The notes below the pieces were generated by a model that saw only the letters and a list, made by a program, of their open reading frames with translations, did not search any database and was not told where the DNA came from. A stretch of 64,000 nucleotides of DNA, taken from NCBI GenBank assembly GCA_964019335.1, contig OZ025716.1, positions 248,001 through 312,000 of the forward strand, in the 5' to 3' direction. Below, piece by piece: positions 33,992 through 44,492 of this stretch (position 1 is its first letter; every line of letters begins with the position of its first letter). The translations under genes were made by a program, and so were the position numbers. The DNA comes from Diplonema japonicum (Eukaryota; Protista; Euglenozoa: Diplonemea).

Positions 33992-35779
33992 ATGGGTTTC
34001 GCACAGATATGGAGACCGATACAAGAACTGCTGTCCACAATATTCGAGAGTCCTGGTGATACCCCGTTGGAAGCCACACGCAAGATGACATTTGGACCGC
34101 TTCTCGTGTCTGTTCTGGTGGTCAGCACTATTTTTCTATTTATCACATGGGAGATACACGACACAGGGTTTATGCTGACAGGCCTTGTCTTCTTTTGCCT
34201 AATAGCTGCGCTGGTCTTGCTGGTGTGGATGAAACGCGGGCCCGTAAAGGGCAGCTTTGTTGCCACAAGCTCAGCGTTGATGTTCCTCGCGATATGGGTA
34301 GCAGACTTTATAGGCTCACTAGGGATGTTTACAAGGGTGTGGCCGGCAAGTGTCATTCTCCTAGATGCGCTGCTCGTTTCGCAGGCTAACGAGCGTATCG
34401 GGTATACGGTCCTCGCGTTATTATCAATTTGGCTTCTTGTTGATTCTTTCGAGCATTCTTATCGGGCGGGTTTGTACAGCAACGAGGTCCTGCTCTTCAA
34501 GTATGAAGACAGAGGAAATTGTTCTTGCGACGAACCGCCATGCGCGATCGGAGTAGCTTGGGGTTTCATAAACCTTGTCATTTACTACATTGTGATGTAT
34601 CTAGACTATTACTTCACACGGCGGTTTGCAACAACGATGTTCAGACAGCAGGAGGAGATGGAGAATACAGCGAAGCTTGCGAATAATGTCGCTGGGCATC
34701 TTGCAGCGTTCGACTTGCAGCAGGCTTCTGAGGTGTTGATGGAGGCGAAGGACGCCGGTTCCTTGCCGCTTGACATGATAGTCGCTTTTGATTCAATTGT
34801 CGAACATCTCTCAGCGTATAGACCGTTTCTCCCAGAAGCGCTCTTCCCCAACGCTCCAAGATCTTCACGGGACCCGTCCATCAATATGCAATATTGCGAT
34901 GAGACCCGATCTGAATCGATTGTCTCTCACTCTCAAAGCAGGCGTTTTATAGATATAAGAAGCGAACCTTGCGACAACAGTACGATAGACAGTGCGGGGA
35001 AGATCACCGTGAACCCCATGAAAATAGGGCTGTCCGTGAAACGAATAAGCGTTGCCATGCTGAACTTCAGGGGTTTCAACAAACAGGTACACGAAATGTT
35101 TGATTCTCGTGATGTAGCGCAGCACATGTCTGAACTTCTCAGCAACATTACATCATCGATAGGCCTTGGAAGGGTCGATCGTTTCAACGGCGACAGAGTT
35201 ATGATCTCGTGGAATGCTTCAGCGGTGTGCAGGCATCATGTTGAGTGCGCGTGTGAAGGTGCGACAACTCTTCGAAAATCCTTGATTTTCGGCGGGATCC
35301 CTCTTGGGATCGGTGTGGCGTCTGGCGACGCATTTGTCGGCAATGTTGGTTCCGATGTCATCCGTTCTTTCAACATAATTGGGTATGTTGTGACGGGTGC
35401 CGCATATTTATGCAATGTTGCGTCATTCCATGCTGAACAAATCCCTGTCATCCTTGCCTGGAACTGCCGGGCCAGCGACTGCCACAACCGAACCAATACA
35501 GTAGGGTTTGTTACGTTCCAAGCAACGCCTTGTCCGGTCGTTGAAATCACCGAGGAAGAGAGGCCGCGGGAAGAGTGGATGTACGAGCTAGCAGCGTCCG
35601 AAAATGAATGGGAGCTTGCCACCCGGGCCTTCATGGATGACCCGGTTGTTAAAAACACATCGGTTCTCCGAGACGCAGCTCCAGAGGCGAGATCGTGGAC
35701 GTACCTCAGCAAGGTCGTCGCGGCCCTGCACGGTCCCGACGATACCTTCCTTGCGATGTTTAGATTGAGTGAGTTTTAA
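33992..35779 (+). CDS. Receptor-type cyclase paralog: ~6 TM region plus a single degenerate class III cyclase domain
   Basis: N-terminal region homologous to 8582 (DTxLEATR.xTFG..LVVST; LLDALL; FKY.DRG..C..PPC.IG; YLDY..TR.FA); cyclase-like VDRFNGDRVMISWNA, GIGVASG..VGNVG. Confidence 0.85.
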   Translation: MGFAQIWRPIQELLSTIFESPGDTPLEATRKMTFGPLLVSVLVVSTIFLFITWEIHDTGFMLTGLVFFCLIAALVLLVWMKRGPVKGSFVATSSALMFLAIWVADFIGSLGMFTRVWPASVILLDALLVSQANERIGYTVLALLSIWLLVDSFEHSYRAGLYSNEVLLFKYEDRGNCSCDEPPCAIGVAWGFINLVIYYIVMYLDYYFTRRFATTMFRQQEEMENTAKLANNVAGHLAAFDLQQASEVLMEAKDAGSLPLDMIVAFDSIVEHLSAYRPFLPEALFPNAPRSSRDPSINMQYCDETRSESIVSHSQSRRFIDIRSEPCDNSTIDSAGKITVNPMKIGLSVKRISVAMLNFRGFNKQVHEMFDSRDVAQHMSELLSNITSSIGLGRVDRFNGDRVMISWNASAVCRHHVECACEGATTLRKSLIFGGIPLGIGVASGDAFVGNVGSDVIRSFNIIGYVVTGAAYLCNVASFHAEQIPVILAWNCRASDCHNRTNTVGFVTFQATPCPVVEITEEERPREEWMYELAASENEWELATRAFMDDPVVKNTSVLRDAAPEARSWTYLSKVVAALHGPDDTFLAMFRLSEF

Positions 35780-35870
35780 AAAAAAGAAAATACAATGACC
35801 CTCGCCTTCCGGCAGCGGGCTTCTTCTTTTTTCTTTTTTTTTTCTTGTATTCTAGGGTCGCGCAAAGAAA

Positions 35871-37061
35871 ATGAAAGTAGCGGTGATCGGTGGTGGCATC
35901 AGTGGGAACGCAATCGCCCAAGGGCTGAAAGGAGTGTGCGATGTAACTGTTTACGAAGCCGACACGGGGCCAGATGTACGGGAACAGGGGTACAGCATCA
36001 CTATACAACAGAAAGGAAGATCAGCCCTGAAGGAGCTGGGCGTAAAAAGACTGGTACAAGACACAGGCGCAAAGGCAATGCTCCACCCGCAAGTCATCAT
36101 CCGAGGAGACGGCACAGTCGCGGTGTCACACGGGGACTCGAAGCGACGCCCCGGAAAGGACACAAACGTGTACCTCCCGAGACAAAAACTCCGGAAGTTT
36201 CTTTCAACAGGCGTCACCACCGAATGGGGCTCCGCATTGGAAAAGATCGACGCGAAAGGGCGACTCTTCTTTAAAGACAAACGCGAACCAGTCACCCCTG
36301 ACCTCGTCATCGCATGCGACGGTTCACGATCCACCGTGAGAGGACTGATATCCAGCGAAACCCACTTAGAATACCTCGGCGTTTTCTCAATATGCGGTGT
36401 AGCAAGACGCCCCAAGGAACCTAACGTTCTCAGCAGAGACGGGAGCGTGCAAATCCTGCAAGACGAAGTCCGACTATTCACGAAACCGTTTGAGGGCGGG
36501 ACACATATAATGTGGCAGCTGACGTTTAAATCTGACGAGGACGACGCACGGAAATCATCGACTAAGGTTGGGGAAGGCCTCTCTGACAGGAAGCAAAAGT
36601 GTTTAACCACTGCCTTGAGTATGACAAGTTCATGGTCCACAGAGATAACACATGTTCTGCAGAGCACACCAGTCGAAACGATCCGCGGCGGGGCGATGTA
36701 TGACATTTCAACACTGCAATGCAAGAGGCTCATGCAGTGCGTGCCAAGAGGAATCGTGTTTGTAGGTGACTCTGTCCATCCTATGTCCCCGTTCAAGGGG
36801 CAAGGGGCCAACACTGCCTTGCAGGATGCAGCGCTGGTAGTAGGCATGATCAAGGCGTGTCGTGGCGACGCTGATGCGCTGCACAAGCAAGTCACTCTTT
36901 ACCACCAAGCTCTCCCTGGCAGAGTCTCCCATGCTGTGGCGGGTTCCCGCAGGAACGTGTGTTTTTTACACAGTCCGGAAGCGGCGGATGACGATGCCCT
37001 GAAATCCTTTCTCACGGCTCCTAAGGAGTCCTGGCTTGGAAAGGCTTTGAATTCTTTTTGA
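35871..37061 (+). CDS. FAD-dependent monooxygenase (aromatic hydroxylase class)
   Basis: VAVIGGGISG, DLVIACDGSRS.VR (DG motif), VFVGDSVHPMSPFKGQGANTALQDA (GD motif). Confidence 0.92.
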   Translation: MKVAVIGGGISGNAIAQGLKGVCDVTVYEADTGPDVREQGYSITIQQKGRSALKELGVKRLVQDTGAKAMLHPQVIIRGDGTVAVSHGDSKRRPGKDTNVYLPRQKLRKFLSTGVTTEWGSALEKIDAKGRLFFKDKREPVTPDLVIACDGSRSTVRGLISSETHLEYLGVFSICGVARRPKEPNVLSRDGSVQILQDEVRLFTKPFEGGTHIMWQLTFKSDEDDARKSSTKVGEGLSDRKQKCLTTALSMTSSWSTEITHVLQSTPVETIRGGAMYDISTLQCKRLMQCVPRGIVFVGDSVHPMSPFKGQGANTALQDAALVVGMIKACRGDADALHKQVTLYHQALPGRVSHAVAGSRRNVCFLHSPEAADDDALKSFLTAPKESWLGKALNSF

Positions 37062-37100
37062 AAAAAATGGGAGATACCAATTTTGGTTTCGGCCGCCTGT

Positions 37101-37134
<34 letters not shown>

Positions 37135-37288
37135 GTCATGTCTATTTTCATCTTTTTCACAGTGAAACCCGTTTTTTTCGCGACGTTGTCCTTTCTATCC
37201 CCTTTATACGTGCGAAACCCCCCCCCTTTTTTTTTTTAAATGTCTAGTTTCTTATTTTTTAAAGAGGAAAAAAAAAAAAAAAAAAAAA

Positions 37289-38488
37289 ATGATGATGTCA
37301 GATGACGAAAGCGATCGAATGCGCGAAGCGCTGAAGCGGCTCGGGATCGAGAACAGGTTGCTCAAGGGGGACAGGGAGGACTGGAAGCGGGCCCGCGAGC
37401 ACCTGGAAACGGAGGTGCACAGCCTGAAGATGGAGAAAATGGTTCAGGAACAGAACATGGAGGAGCACGCGAACAAGTTTCACGAGATGGCGGCAAAACA
37501 ACAATACTACCTAAACATGCTTCAAGAAAAGACCAGAGAACTAGAGGAAAAAGAAGGAACAGTCAAGATACTAGAAACACAACTAAACGAGAAGAACACG
37601 CTTATAAAAACAATGGAAAAATCGTCCAAGGAAACGGCAACCCAAATGGCAAAGGAAATGGAAGCGCTGAACAAACGGCTTATAAACATGGAAGAGAAAG
37701 CCGAGACAGTTCCGGAACCCGTTCATCCCGTACAACGACAACAACCAGCTCCGAACACATCAGTATTGCAATACAAAGGAAAGCTCACCGCGACGAACCG
37801 AAAACTCATCGTCTCTGGCTCGGACGGAACCGTCTCTTTCTACGACGTGAAAACCTCAAGCATGGAATTTCTCTCAAAAATCAAGGTTGGCTCGAAATCA
37901 ATAGGCGCAAGTATATTCGGCCCCACCGTGTATGTTCTTTCTGACGGTATTGTGAAAGTTATCGATGTGACAGACATTAACAACCCCACGGCGGGACCGA
38001 AAACCCAAGGTGCCGTATTTGGAAAGTCGGTAACCGGTCTGTTGGTGACGGCAACGCATTATTACGTTGCTTCTAGAGAAGGATTGCGGATATTATCGGT
38101 GCCTTCCGGGAAAAGCAAAACCGTGCCTGTTCTGATGTCCCGTAGTAAGGAGGTCAACTTAACAGATTTGAAAATGCACGAGTCGCTTCTTTATGCTGCG
38201 TCAGGGGAGATCATCGTTGTTTTCGATGTTGTTGATGTCAAACAGCCAACGGTCGTGAGAAGGTTGGACCTTGGGTGTCCGTTCTCGGGGTTTGCTATTG
38301 TTGGTGGAAACGCTTTCGTCTGCACCGCGTCTTCGCTCAAAACCATCGATGCAACGACAGGAAAACTCCTGATGGAACAGAAGCCGAGTTCGGTGATCGA
38401 TGTCGATGTTAAAAACAACACGGTTTACTTCATGCAGAGCGACAAGGGCGGATACTCAATTAAGAACACGAAGCTTACAACAGAGTGA
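37289..38488 (+). CDS. Coiled-coil plus beta-propeller (WD40/LVIVD-like) protein
   Basis: N-terminal E/K-rich heptads; C-terminal strands IVSGSDGTVSFYDV, VKVIDVTDINNP, IVVFDVVDVKQP. Confidence 0.7.
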   Translation: MMMSDDESDRMREALKRLGIENRLLKGDREDWKRAREHLETEVHSLKMEKMVQEQNMEEHANKFHEMAAKQQYYLNMLQEKTRELEEKEGTVKILETQLNEKNTLIKTMEKSSKETATQMAKEMEALNKRLINMEEKAETVPEPVHPVQRQQPAPNTSVLQYKGKLTATNRKLIVSGSDGTVSFYDVKTSSMEFLSKIKVGSKSIGASIFGPTVYVLSDGIVKVIDVTDINNPTAGPKTQGAVFGKSVTGLLVTATHYYVASREGLRILSVPSGKSKTVPVLMSRSKEVNLTDLKMHESLLYAASGEIIVVFDVVDVKQPTVVRRLDLGCPFSGFAIVGGNAFVCTASSLKTIDATTGKLLMEQKPSSVIDVDVKNNTVYFMQSDKGGYSIKNTKLTTE

Positions 38489-38793
38489 GAAAAAGGGAAA
38501 AAGAAGAAGAAAAAAAAAAGTGTTTTTTTAATGGGGGGGGGTGATGCTGCCAAATGAAATCCCGAAAAAACCCCAATTGTGGACACTTTTAAAGTACCTG
38601 CCTTACCTGACCCCCCCCCCCCCCCCCCCTTCCGGATCTAAATCTTGATTCGGTCTTATCTGCTCAGGGTTTCTACCTCCCCCCGGCACGTAACTGCTAG
38701 TTCTTCTTTTTCTTTTTTAATTATCCACCAATCTGCCCAGCATTATGCAGCATTTTGTAAGAAGCAATCCCGGCTCCATCTTTTTTCTTGCCT

Positions 38794-38831
<38 letters not shown>

Positions 38832-39303
38832 ATTATTTTTGCTGAAGAAAAAGTATTGTTGTGGGTGTTGCTTTTTCTTTCGACAAGATCTGCGGTCTAA
38901 AAATACCCTTTTTAAAAGGAAAAAAAAAAAACAGGGGAAAAAAAAACTAGTTCGGCGCTTTTTCATTTATTTGTGCACACGAGCGAGGGGGAAAAGAAAA
39001 AAAGAAAGTGCGACAGGTACTGTCGCGAGAACGAAACCTTTTTTTTTTTTCATTTTATATTCAATTTTTTTTTCTTCTTCTTTTCTTTTTTTTTTTCTTC
39101 TTTGAGGGCGGTCCTCAAAGTTGGGATGATGCCTTCAAAACATCGCCTCTTTTCTCAAATTTATTCTTTTTTTTCTTTTTCTTTTTCTTTTTCTTTTTCT
39201 TTTTCTTTTTTTTTTTTTTTTTTTTTCAGAAACCGTTCGTCGACTTTTAAAAAAAAAAAAAAAAAGCGAACAAAAAAAAAAAAAAGAAAAAAGAAACACG
39301 CAA

Positions 39304-41037
39304 ATGCGCACCACCCTGTCAGCGGCGCTCATATGCGCCACAACAATCCTCCCAGCAGGGGCGGCAGAGCTCAAGTTCGAACTGGCAATGCGAGACGGAT
39401 TCAACCTCAGCACCATCGTGTGGTACCCGGACACCGGCCCTGCCAAAAAAACCTTTATATACGACACTTCGACCTACGGCCATGCTGGGGAATCAGGTGC
39501 TGAAGGACTGGCAAAACAACTAGGTGACGGTTTCGGTGCTGTGATGCAAGACATGCGTGGCAGCGGGAAGTCAAAAGGCGAATACTTCACGTTATGGCAC
39601 GCTGCTTCCAACGACACCTTTGACACCTTAAAATGGATCGGCCAGCAAAACTACTCGAACAACAAGGTCTACCAAATAGGAACGTCCTCAGACGGCATCG
39701 GAGCACTCCTGGGCTGGCAGGAAAACCCCCAACAGCTTCAAAAAATGTCGATTAACTGGGCCACCATCCATGCACATGGAATGCCATTCCCTGGAGGGGC
39801 GTACCGCGAATCATTAAACACCGGTTGGCTTTCCGCAATTTTCCCCGAGCAAGCCCACGGTCTTATAAGAGAGGTCAAACGAAACGAAGCACCAGGTACA
39901 TGGTGGGATCCTGTAAACGCCACTCGAAAATGCGACTCTGCTTCATTTTCATCCGTTCTCGTTGGAGGGTGGTATGATATATTTTTATCGGGGAACCTAG
40001 AAGCATACCAATGTTTCAACAATGGAAAACCGCACTCTACAAAACTGCTAATCGAAGCATGCGGGCACTGCCTCGCACATGGATGTCCGATCTACCTTGC
40101 AGAGGACCTTTCTGTGTCGCTAGGGAACCTCCTTACAATGGATATGTTCAACGATTTAACACCCCCGGCTTCCATTAAAAACATCACGTTTTACGTAATG
40201 GGAGCGGGCGATAGAAACGCAACTTTTATAGACACCGCTGCCCCGGGTAACTACTACACTTCGTTGGAGGAGTGGCCTACAAGTGTGCCTACAAAATTTT
40301 ACATGAATTCTGATTCGAGCGCCGGTCCGGAACGGCAGTTCAACGGTGCTGTGAAGGACATCTTGTATGATCCGTTAAAGCCCGTGCACACGAGAGGCGG
40401 GAACAATTTGCTGATTATGTGCGGGGCAGAAGATCAAACTCTTGAAGAAGACCGTGCTGACGTCCTCTCCTTCACCTCCGACGAGCTGCAAGACGACCTC
40501 GCGATCACCGGCCACATTTTTGCGACTTTATTTGTATCAAGCGATCGCATCGACACAGATTTCACCGCAAAGCTTACTGACGTATACCCATATGGGAAAA
40601 GCAGGCTCCTGAATGACGGGATTGTCCGGATGAGATGGAGGAAGGGCACCACCGGTGGTTCTGAACCCGATCTCATGACCCCGGGGCAGATTTACAAAAT
40701 CGAGGTCTCGATGTGGAACACCAGTTACATTTTCCCGAAGGGGCACAAAATAAGGCTTTCGGTATCGTCGTCCAACTACCCCCGGTTTGATGTGAACCCT
40801 AACACCGGGAGGCCCCTTGCTGAAGAGTCTGTTCCTTTGCCTGCGTTGAATAGAGTGCATCTTGGAGGCGATAGTGCGTCGTTTTTCACACTGCCCGTGG
40901 TGCAGAAGTCACAGCTACCTAAGGTGAATGTACGCGAGGTGGTGGATGAATGGCTGGCCGACCGTCCCCCTTCTTACAGAGACGCTGCATTCGCCGACAA
41001 GAGAAAGCAGTTGCGGTTCAAAGTTGACGAACTTTGA
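39304..41037 (+). CDS. Secreted CocE/NonD family (peptidase S15) alpha/beta hydrolase
   Basis: Signal peptide; MRDG, QDMRGSGKS.G, D..DTLKWI..Q..SN.KV..IGTSSDG, GGWYDIF, DTDFTAKLTDVYP, F.KGHKIRL.VSSSNYPRF..NPNTG. Confidence 0.92.
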   Translation: MRTTLSAALICATTILPAGAAELKFELAMRDGFNLSTIVWYPDTGPAKKTFIYDTSTYGHAGESGAEGLAKQLGDGFGAVMQDMRGSGKSKGEYFTLWHAASNDTFDTLKWIGQQNYSNNKVYQIGTSSDGIGALLGWQENPQQLQKMSINWATIHAHGMPFPGGAYRESLNTGWLSAIFPEQAHGLIREVKRNEAPGTWWDPVNATRKCDSASFSSVLVGGWYDIFLSGNLEAYQCFNNGKPHSTKLLIEACGHCLAHGCPIYLAEDLSVSLGNLLTMDMFNDLTPPASIKNITFYVMGAGDRNATFIDTAAPGNYYTSLEEWPTSVPTKFYMNSDSSAGPERQFNGAVKDILYDPLKPVHTRGGNNLLIMCGAEDQTLEEDRADVLSFTSDELQDDLAITGHIFATLFVSSDRIDTDFTAKLTDVYPYGKSRLLNDGIVRMRWRKGTTGGSEPDLMTPGQIYKIEVSMWNTSYIFPKGHKIRLSVSSSNYPRFDVNPNTGRPLAEESVPLPALNRVHLGGDSASFFTLPVVQKSQLPKVNVREVVDEWLADRPPSYRDAAFADKRKQLRFKVDEL

Positions 41038-41156
41038 TTATTCTTTTTTTTTTTTTTTTTTTTTTTTAATTTTGTTTCCTCCTTCTCCAACGTTTTTTTT
41101 TTTTCTTTTTTATTCTTCTTTTCTTTTAAGAACCTTTAAGAAAAATGCGAATGTGG

Positions 41157-41190
<34 letters not shown>

Positions 41191-41600
41191 TACTTGTATT
41201 ATTTTGTGCCGAGGAAGGGTTTATTCTTTTTTTTTTTCTGCAGGATCCAGCCGACTCTTTTTACCTTTTTGTTTCTCCCCCTTTGCTCGAGCGAAAACAC
41301 GCAAAGACAAGTCTCTTACCATGTAATCTTATTTTTTTTTTTTTCGTGGAAATCAAAGTGATATGACATTTCTTCTTTTTTATCGTCAAAGAAAGTGGGG
41401 TTTGTGTGGGCAGACCTCTTTTTTTTTTTTTTTTTTTTTCTTCTTTTGTTCTTTTGGTCTTTTACGAACTGTATGAGTTTGTACGAGCGACCCCGTTCCT
41501 CCCCCCCCGCTCCACTAAAAGTTCACTCACATCCCTTTTTTCTCTCAAAAACTTTTTACAATAAAGAAACGGTGGGAAAAAAAAAAAAAAAAAAAGAAAT

Positions 41601-42638
41601 ATGGGCATTGTCCAAGACGAAGAGGCCACAGACATCTCATATGAAGAGCTAAGGGTAGAGCAGCCGGGTAGCACTGACAGCGCAAGAGAAGACCACAAGG
41701 AGAACCACGCTGCGTCGGCAGCAGTGATATTGATAGGGAGCGTCCTTGGGGTGTTCCTCCGTCACTGCATGCAGGAGCCCAGCGAGTACAGCTACTATTC
41801 GTATCTATTTCCTAACTTTGTTGGGTCTGCGGTGGCCGCCTTCCTCAAAAAAAACGGAGACCGGTTTTGGTACAGCAGCGCGGTCGCAGGCCTTGCCGTC
41901 GGAATGTGCGGTAGCCTCACCACGTTTTCAAGCTGGCAAAAAGCAGCGGGTCAACTTGCGGGCCCTGTCCACCCTGACGATACATTTCACACTGTTTACT
42001 TATGGACACAAATTCAAATGACTGGCCTGGCTGTTGGTGTTTCTGGATACGATGTCGGGTGGTTTCTGGGAGGGCTGTTCGATGAGTTTTCACCGAGGTG
42101 CGAAGTGAAATCGGTGCCTGGGCGGCATACTATAAAAAAGAGAATGAAGATTAGCTTTGATGTGTTGTCAATTGTGATATCGTTGTGTGTGGGCGGGGTG
42201 TTGGTTTACCTTACCGTGGCAGATACGACAACTTTAAAGGTGGCACTTTGTACCGGGCCGGTCGCGTCGTGGGGACGATGGGTTCTGGCGAAGAATCTTA
42301 ACGGGAAATTCCAGTCATTTCCCCTTGGTACCTTCGTTGCCAACATGGTTGCGTCATGTCTTCTTGCTTTATGTGTCGTACTCGGTCTGGATGTTGTTGG
42401 CAAGGGTGCCCTCTGCACCTTCATAGTGGGCTTCGGGAACGGGTTCTGCGGTTCGTTGTCGACAGTTTCTACGTTTGTCACTGAGATCCGTATGCTGCCC
42501 AGGGGGCACCACTCTGCCATTTATGCGGTCTGTTCTATGCTCTGCTCTCAGGTTATCTTTCTCTCCATCATTGGCCTGTACAGGCTCAACACAAATATGA
42601 GCAAGTACCATGCTGAGACTTCATGTAAGTTTCATTAA
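41601..42638 (+). CDS. FEX: Fluoride exporter with two Fluc/CrcB domains (FEX-type)
   Basis: GSVLGVFLR..PNFVGS..GMCGSLTTFSSW, then a second repeat R..L..FPLGTFVAN..GFCGSLSTVSTF. Confidence 0.9.
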   Translation: MGIVQDEEATDISYEELRVEQPGSTDSAREDHKENHAASAAVILIGSVLGVFLRHCMQEPSEYSYYSYLFPNFVGSAVAAFLKKNGDRFWYSSAVAGLAVGMCGSLTTFSSWQKAAGQLAGPVHPDDTFHTVYLWTQIQMTGLAVGVSGYDVGWFLGGLFDEFSPRCEVKSVPGRHTIKKRMKISFDVLSIVISLCVGGVLVYLTVADTTTLKVALCTGPVASWGRWVLAKNLNGKFQSFPLGTFVANMVASCLLALCVVLGLDVVGKGALCTFIVGFGNGFCGSLSTVSTFVTEIRMLPRGHHSAIYAVCSMLCSQVIFLSIIGLYRLNTNMSKYHAETSCKFH

Positions 42639-42917
42639 GGAAACAAACAAACAAAAAAAAGATTTTAAAAAAAATAAAGGAAAAAAAAGATTATCTATAT
42701 CCCTCCCCCCCCCCCCCCCCCCTTCTCTTTTTTTACTACCCCCCATATTTCGTTCGTGAAAAATTATAATGGCCATGTATTTTTTTTTTTTTTTGTGGTT
42801 TTTTTTTTTTTTTTTTTTTTTTTTTCGACTCTGCAAAAAAAAAAAAAAACACTTCCCAGGCGAGGCGACGTGAGGTGGTGGTGGTGGGGGGGGAGAAAAA
42901 AGAGAAAAAAAAAAGAA

Positions 42918-43715
42918 ATGCAAACAGCATCGAAGAAAGACGCAAGCATGGAGCCCATCCCTGCCTCGGAGGACAAGGTGACCGACGAGGCGAAGGAGAC
43001 AGCCGTCGCCCGCATCCACATGGCACTCACCACATTCTTCACCGCGATGAACGAGGGCTGGTTCACCGACTGGGTGGACCTCAACGTGACGGACGACATA
43101 CAAATGAGAATAACAGGCGGAGTTACAAACGTCAACAGCGGATGTATGGGAAAACAAGGCCTATGCATGTACTATAATAGGGTTTTAGAAAATGTCTGGG
43201 GGCTTAACAGCAAGGTCAGCTGGACCCCATCGTGCCTGGATTACTCTAGCAATGATGAAGTGGTTTGCAACCTGACAGAAAGGGTGACATTTCCAGAGGG
43301 GCGGGAGGTGTTAAAACACCGAAGTTACATTTTCAAGCTGCGGGGGGACCTCATCCACATTATCACCGTGGACGCACCGGTTGATGAAGACATCCAGCCC
43401 TGTGCTGATTGTTTACCAGAGGAGTACCCTATTTTCACACCCGCTCCTTTCCCTCCTCCAACCTCAAGTTGTCCTTGTTCCCATAACAAGTGGGACTCTA
43501 TACGGATAAAGAGAAAATGGTGCCTTCTCCGATGCCGAGTGTGTGACGCGCAATGGCGGTTGCCAGCTACAGCCGTGTCCGACACTAGATGTATTCCGTT
43601 TATTACTAAGGGGTGCGCGGATGAGGAGGAATGCACACTTCTTCACATATACCTGAGAAAACAAAGATTGGAGGAGAGAATGGCTCGGCAAACTGACGGT
43701 GATCGCGAGGAATGA
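42918..43715 (+). CDS. SnoaL/NTF2-like domain plus Cys/His-rich zinc-binding C-terminus (CxHNxWD..LRCRVC and CCCH-like)
   Basis: FFTAMNEG..V..DI...GKQGL..YY (SnoaL-like); CSHNKWDSIR...LRCRVCDAQW; C..F...GC....C..LH. Confidence 0.65.
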   Translation: MQTASKKDASMEPIPASEDKVTDEAKETAVARIHMALTTFFTAMNEGWFTDWVDLNVTDDIQMRITGGVTNVNSGCMGKQGLCMYYNRVLENVWGLNSKVSWTPSCLDYSSNDEVVCNLTERVTFPEGREVLKHRSYIFKLRGDLIHIITVDAPVDEDIQPCADCLPEEYPIFTPAPFPPPTSSCPCSHNKWDSIRIKRKWCLLRCRVCDAQWRLPATAVSDTRCIPFITKGCADEEECTLLHIYLRKQRLEERMARQTDGDREE

Positions 43716-43940
43716 AAACTTTTTCTTTTTTTTTTTTTTTTTCTTTTAAAAAAAAAAAAATCTTGGCGGATGGAATGTTACTTTGTTTTTTATGTTTTTT
43801 TTTTTTAAGAAGAAAAAAAAAAAGAAAGATTGTTTAAAACTGAAAAAAAAGGGGGGGGGGGGGGGGCGTTGTTTGGTGTTCCCCCCCCCCCCCCGGTTGT
43901 TTGTAACCTTTTCTCCACTAGTTTCCAATTGGTTTTTTTT

Positions 43941-44077
43941 TTGTTACAAATATTTATCTTTCAAAAAGAATGATTATTTATAACTATATGCAACTTGTGC
44001 CGAGCAAAAAACTTTCGCAGCTTTTTAAAAACCTTTTTTTGCTCGTGCGAACAACAAAGACATATAGTCATAAAGAA
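43941..44077 (+). repeat. ~135-bp direct repeat, second copy at 62072-62201
   Basis: GTTACAAATATTTATCTTTCAAAAA...CTATATGCAACTTGTGCCGAGCAAAAAACTTTCGCAGC...CATATAGTCATAAAGAA is nearly identical at both sites. Confidence 0.9.
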
Positions 44078-44433
44078 TTTCTTTTTTTTTTTTTTGATTC
44101 GTGCTAGTGCGCACGCTCAGAAGGGGGGGAAAGAAAAAGGGGGAAAAAAAAAAGTGTGAGAGCAGGGAGTTTTCCTCCAAGGGGAGTCTTTCCCCTGAAA
44201 AACTCGCTCTTTCCCCATCCTCCCATTCCCCCCCCCCCCCCCCCAGTATTTTCATTCTTCTACCTTTCATTTTTGTTTTCCTTTTTTTTTTTTTTTTTTT
44301 TTCGTGCTTTGGGAGCACATCAACAAGAAAAAAAACCAAACCCGGGGGTCAAACCTGGAGAACTCTAATTTTCTTTTTTCTTTTTTTTTTTGTGGTGAAA
44401 ACACAGAAATATTGAAATATAAAAAAGAAGTAC

Positions 44434-44492
44434 TTGTTCGCTGTTGACCTCCTCGTCGGTCATCACCGGTAGCGCCCGAGTGGAAGAACGTA
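44434..44492 (+). repeat. ~59-bp exact repeat, second copy at 49382-49440
   Basis: TTGTTCGCTGTTGACCTCCTCGTCGGTCATCACCGGTAGCGCCCGAGTGGAAGAACGTA occurs twice. Confidence 0.9.

Noticed and set aside
33888-34006. GTGAGT donor that might splice the small ORF onto the cyclase gene
   Set aside because: The cyclase has its own ATG with an N-terminus matching its paralog, and no transcript evidence is available.
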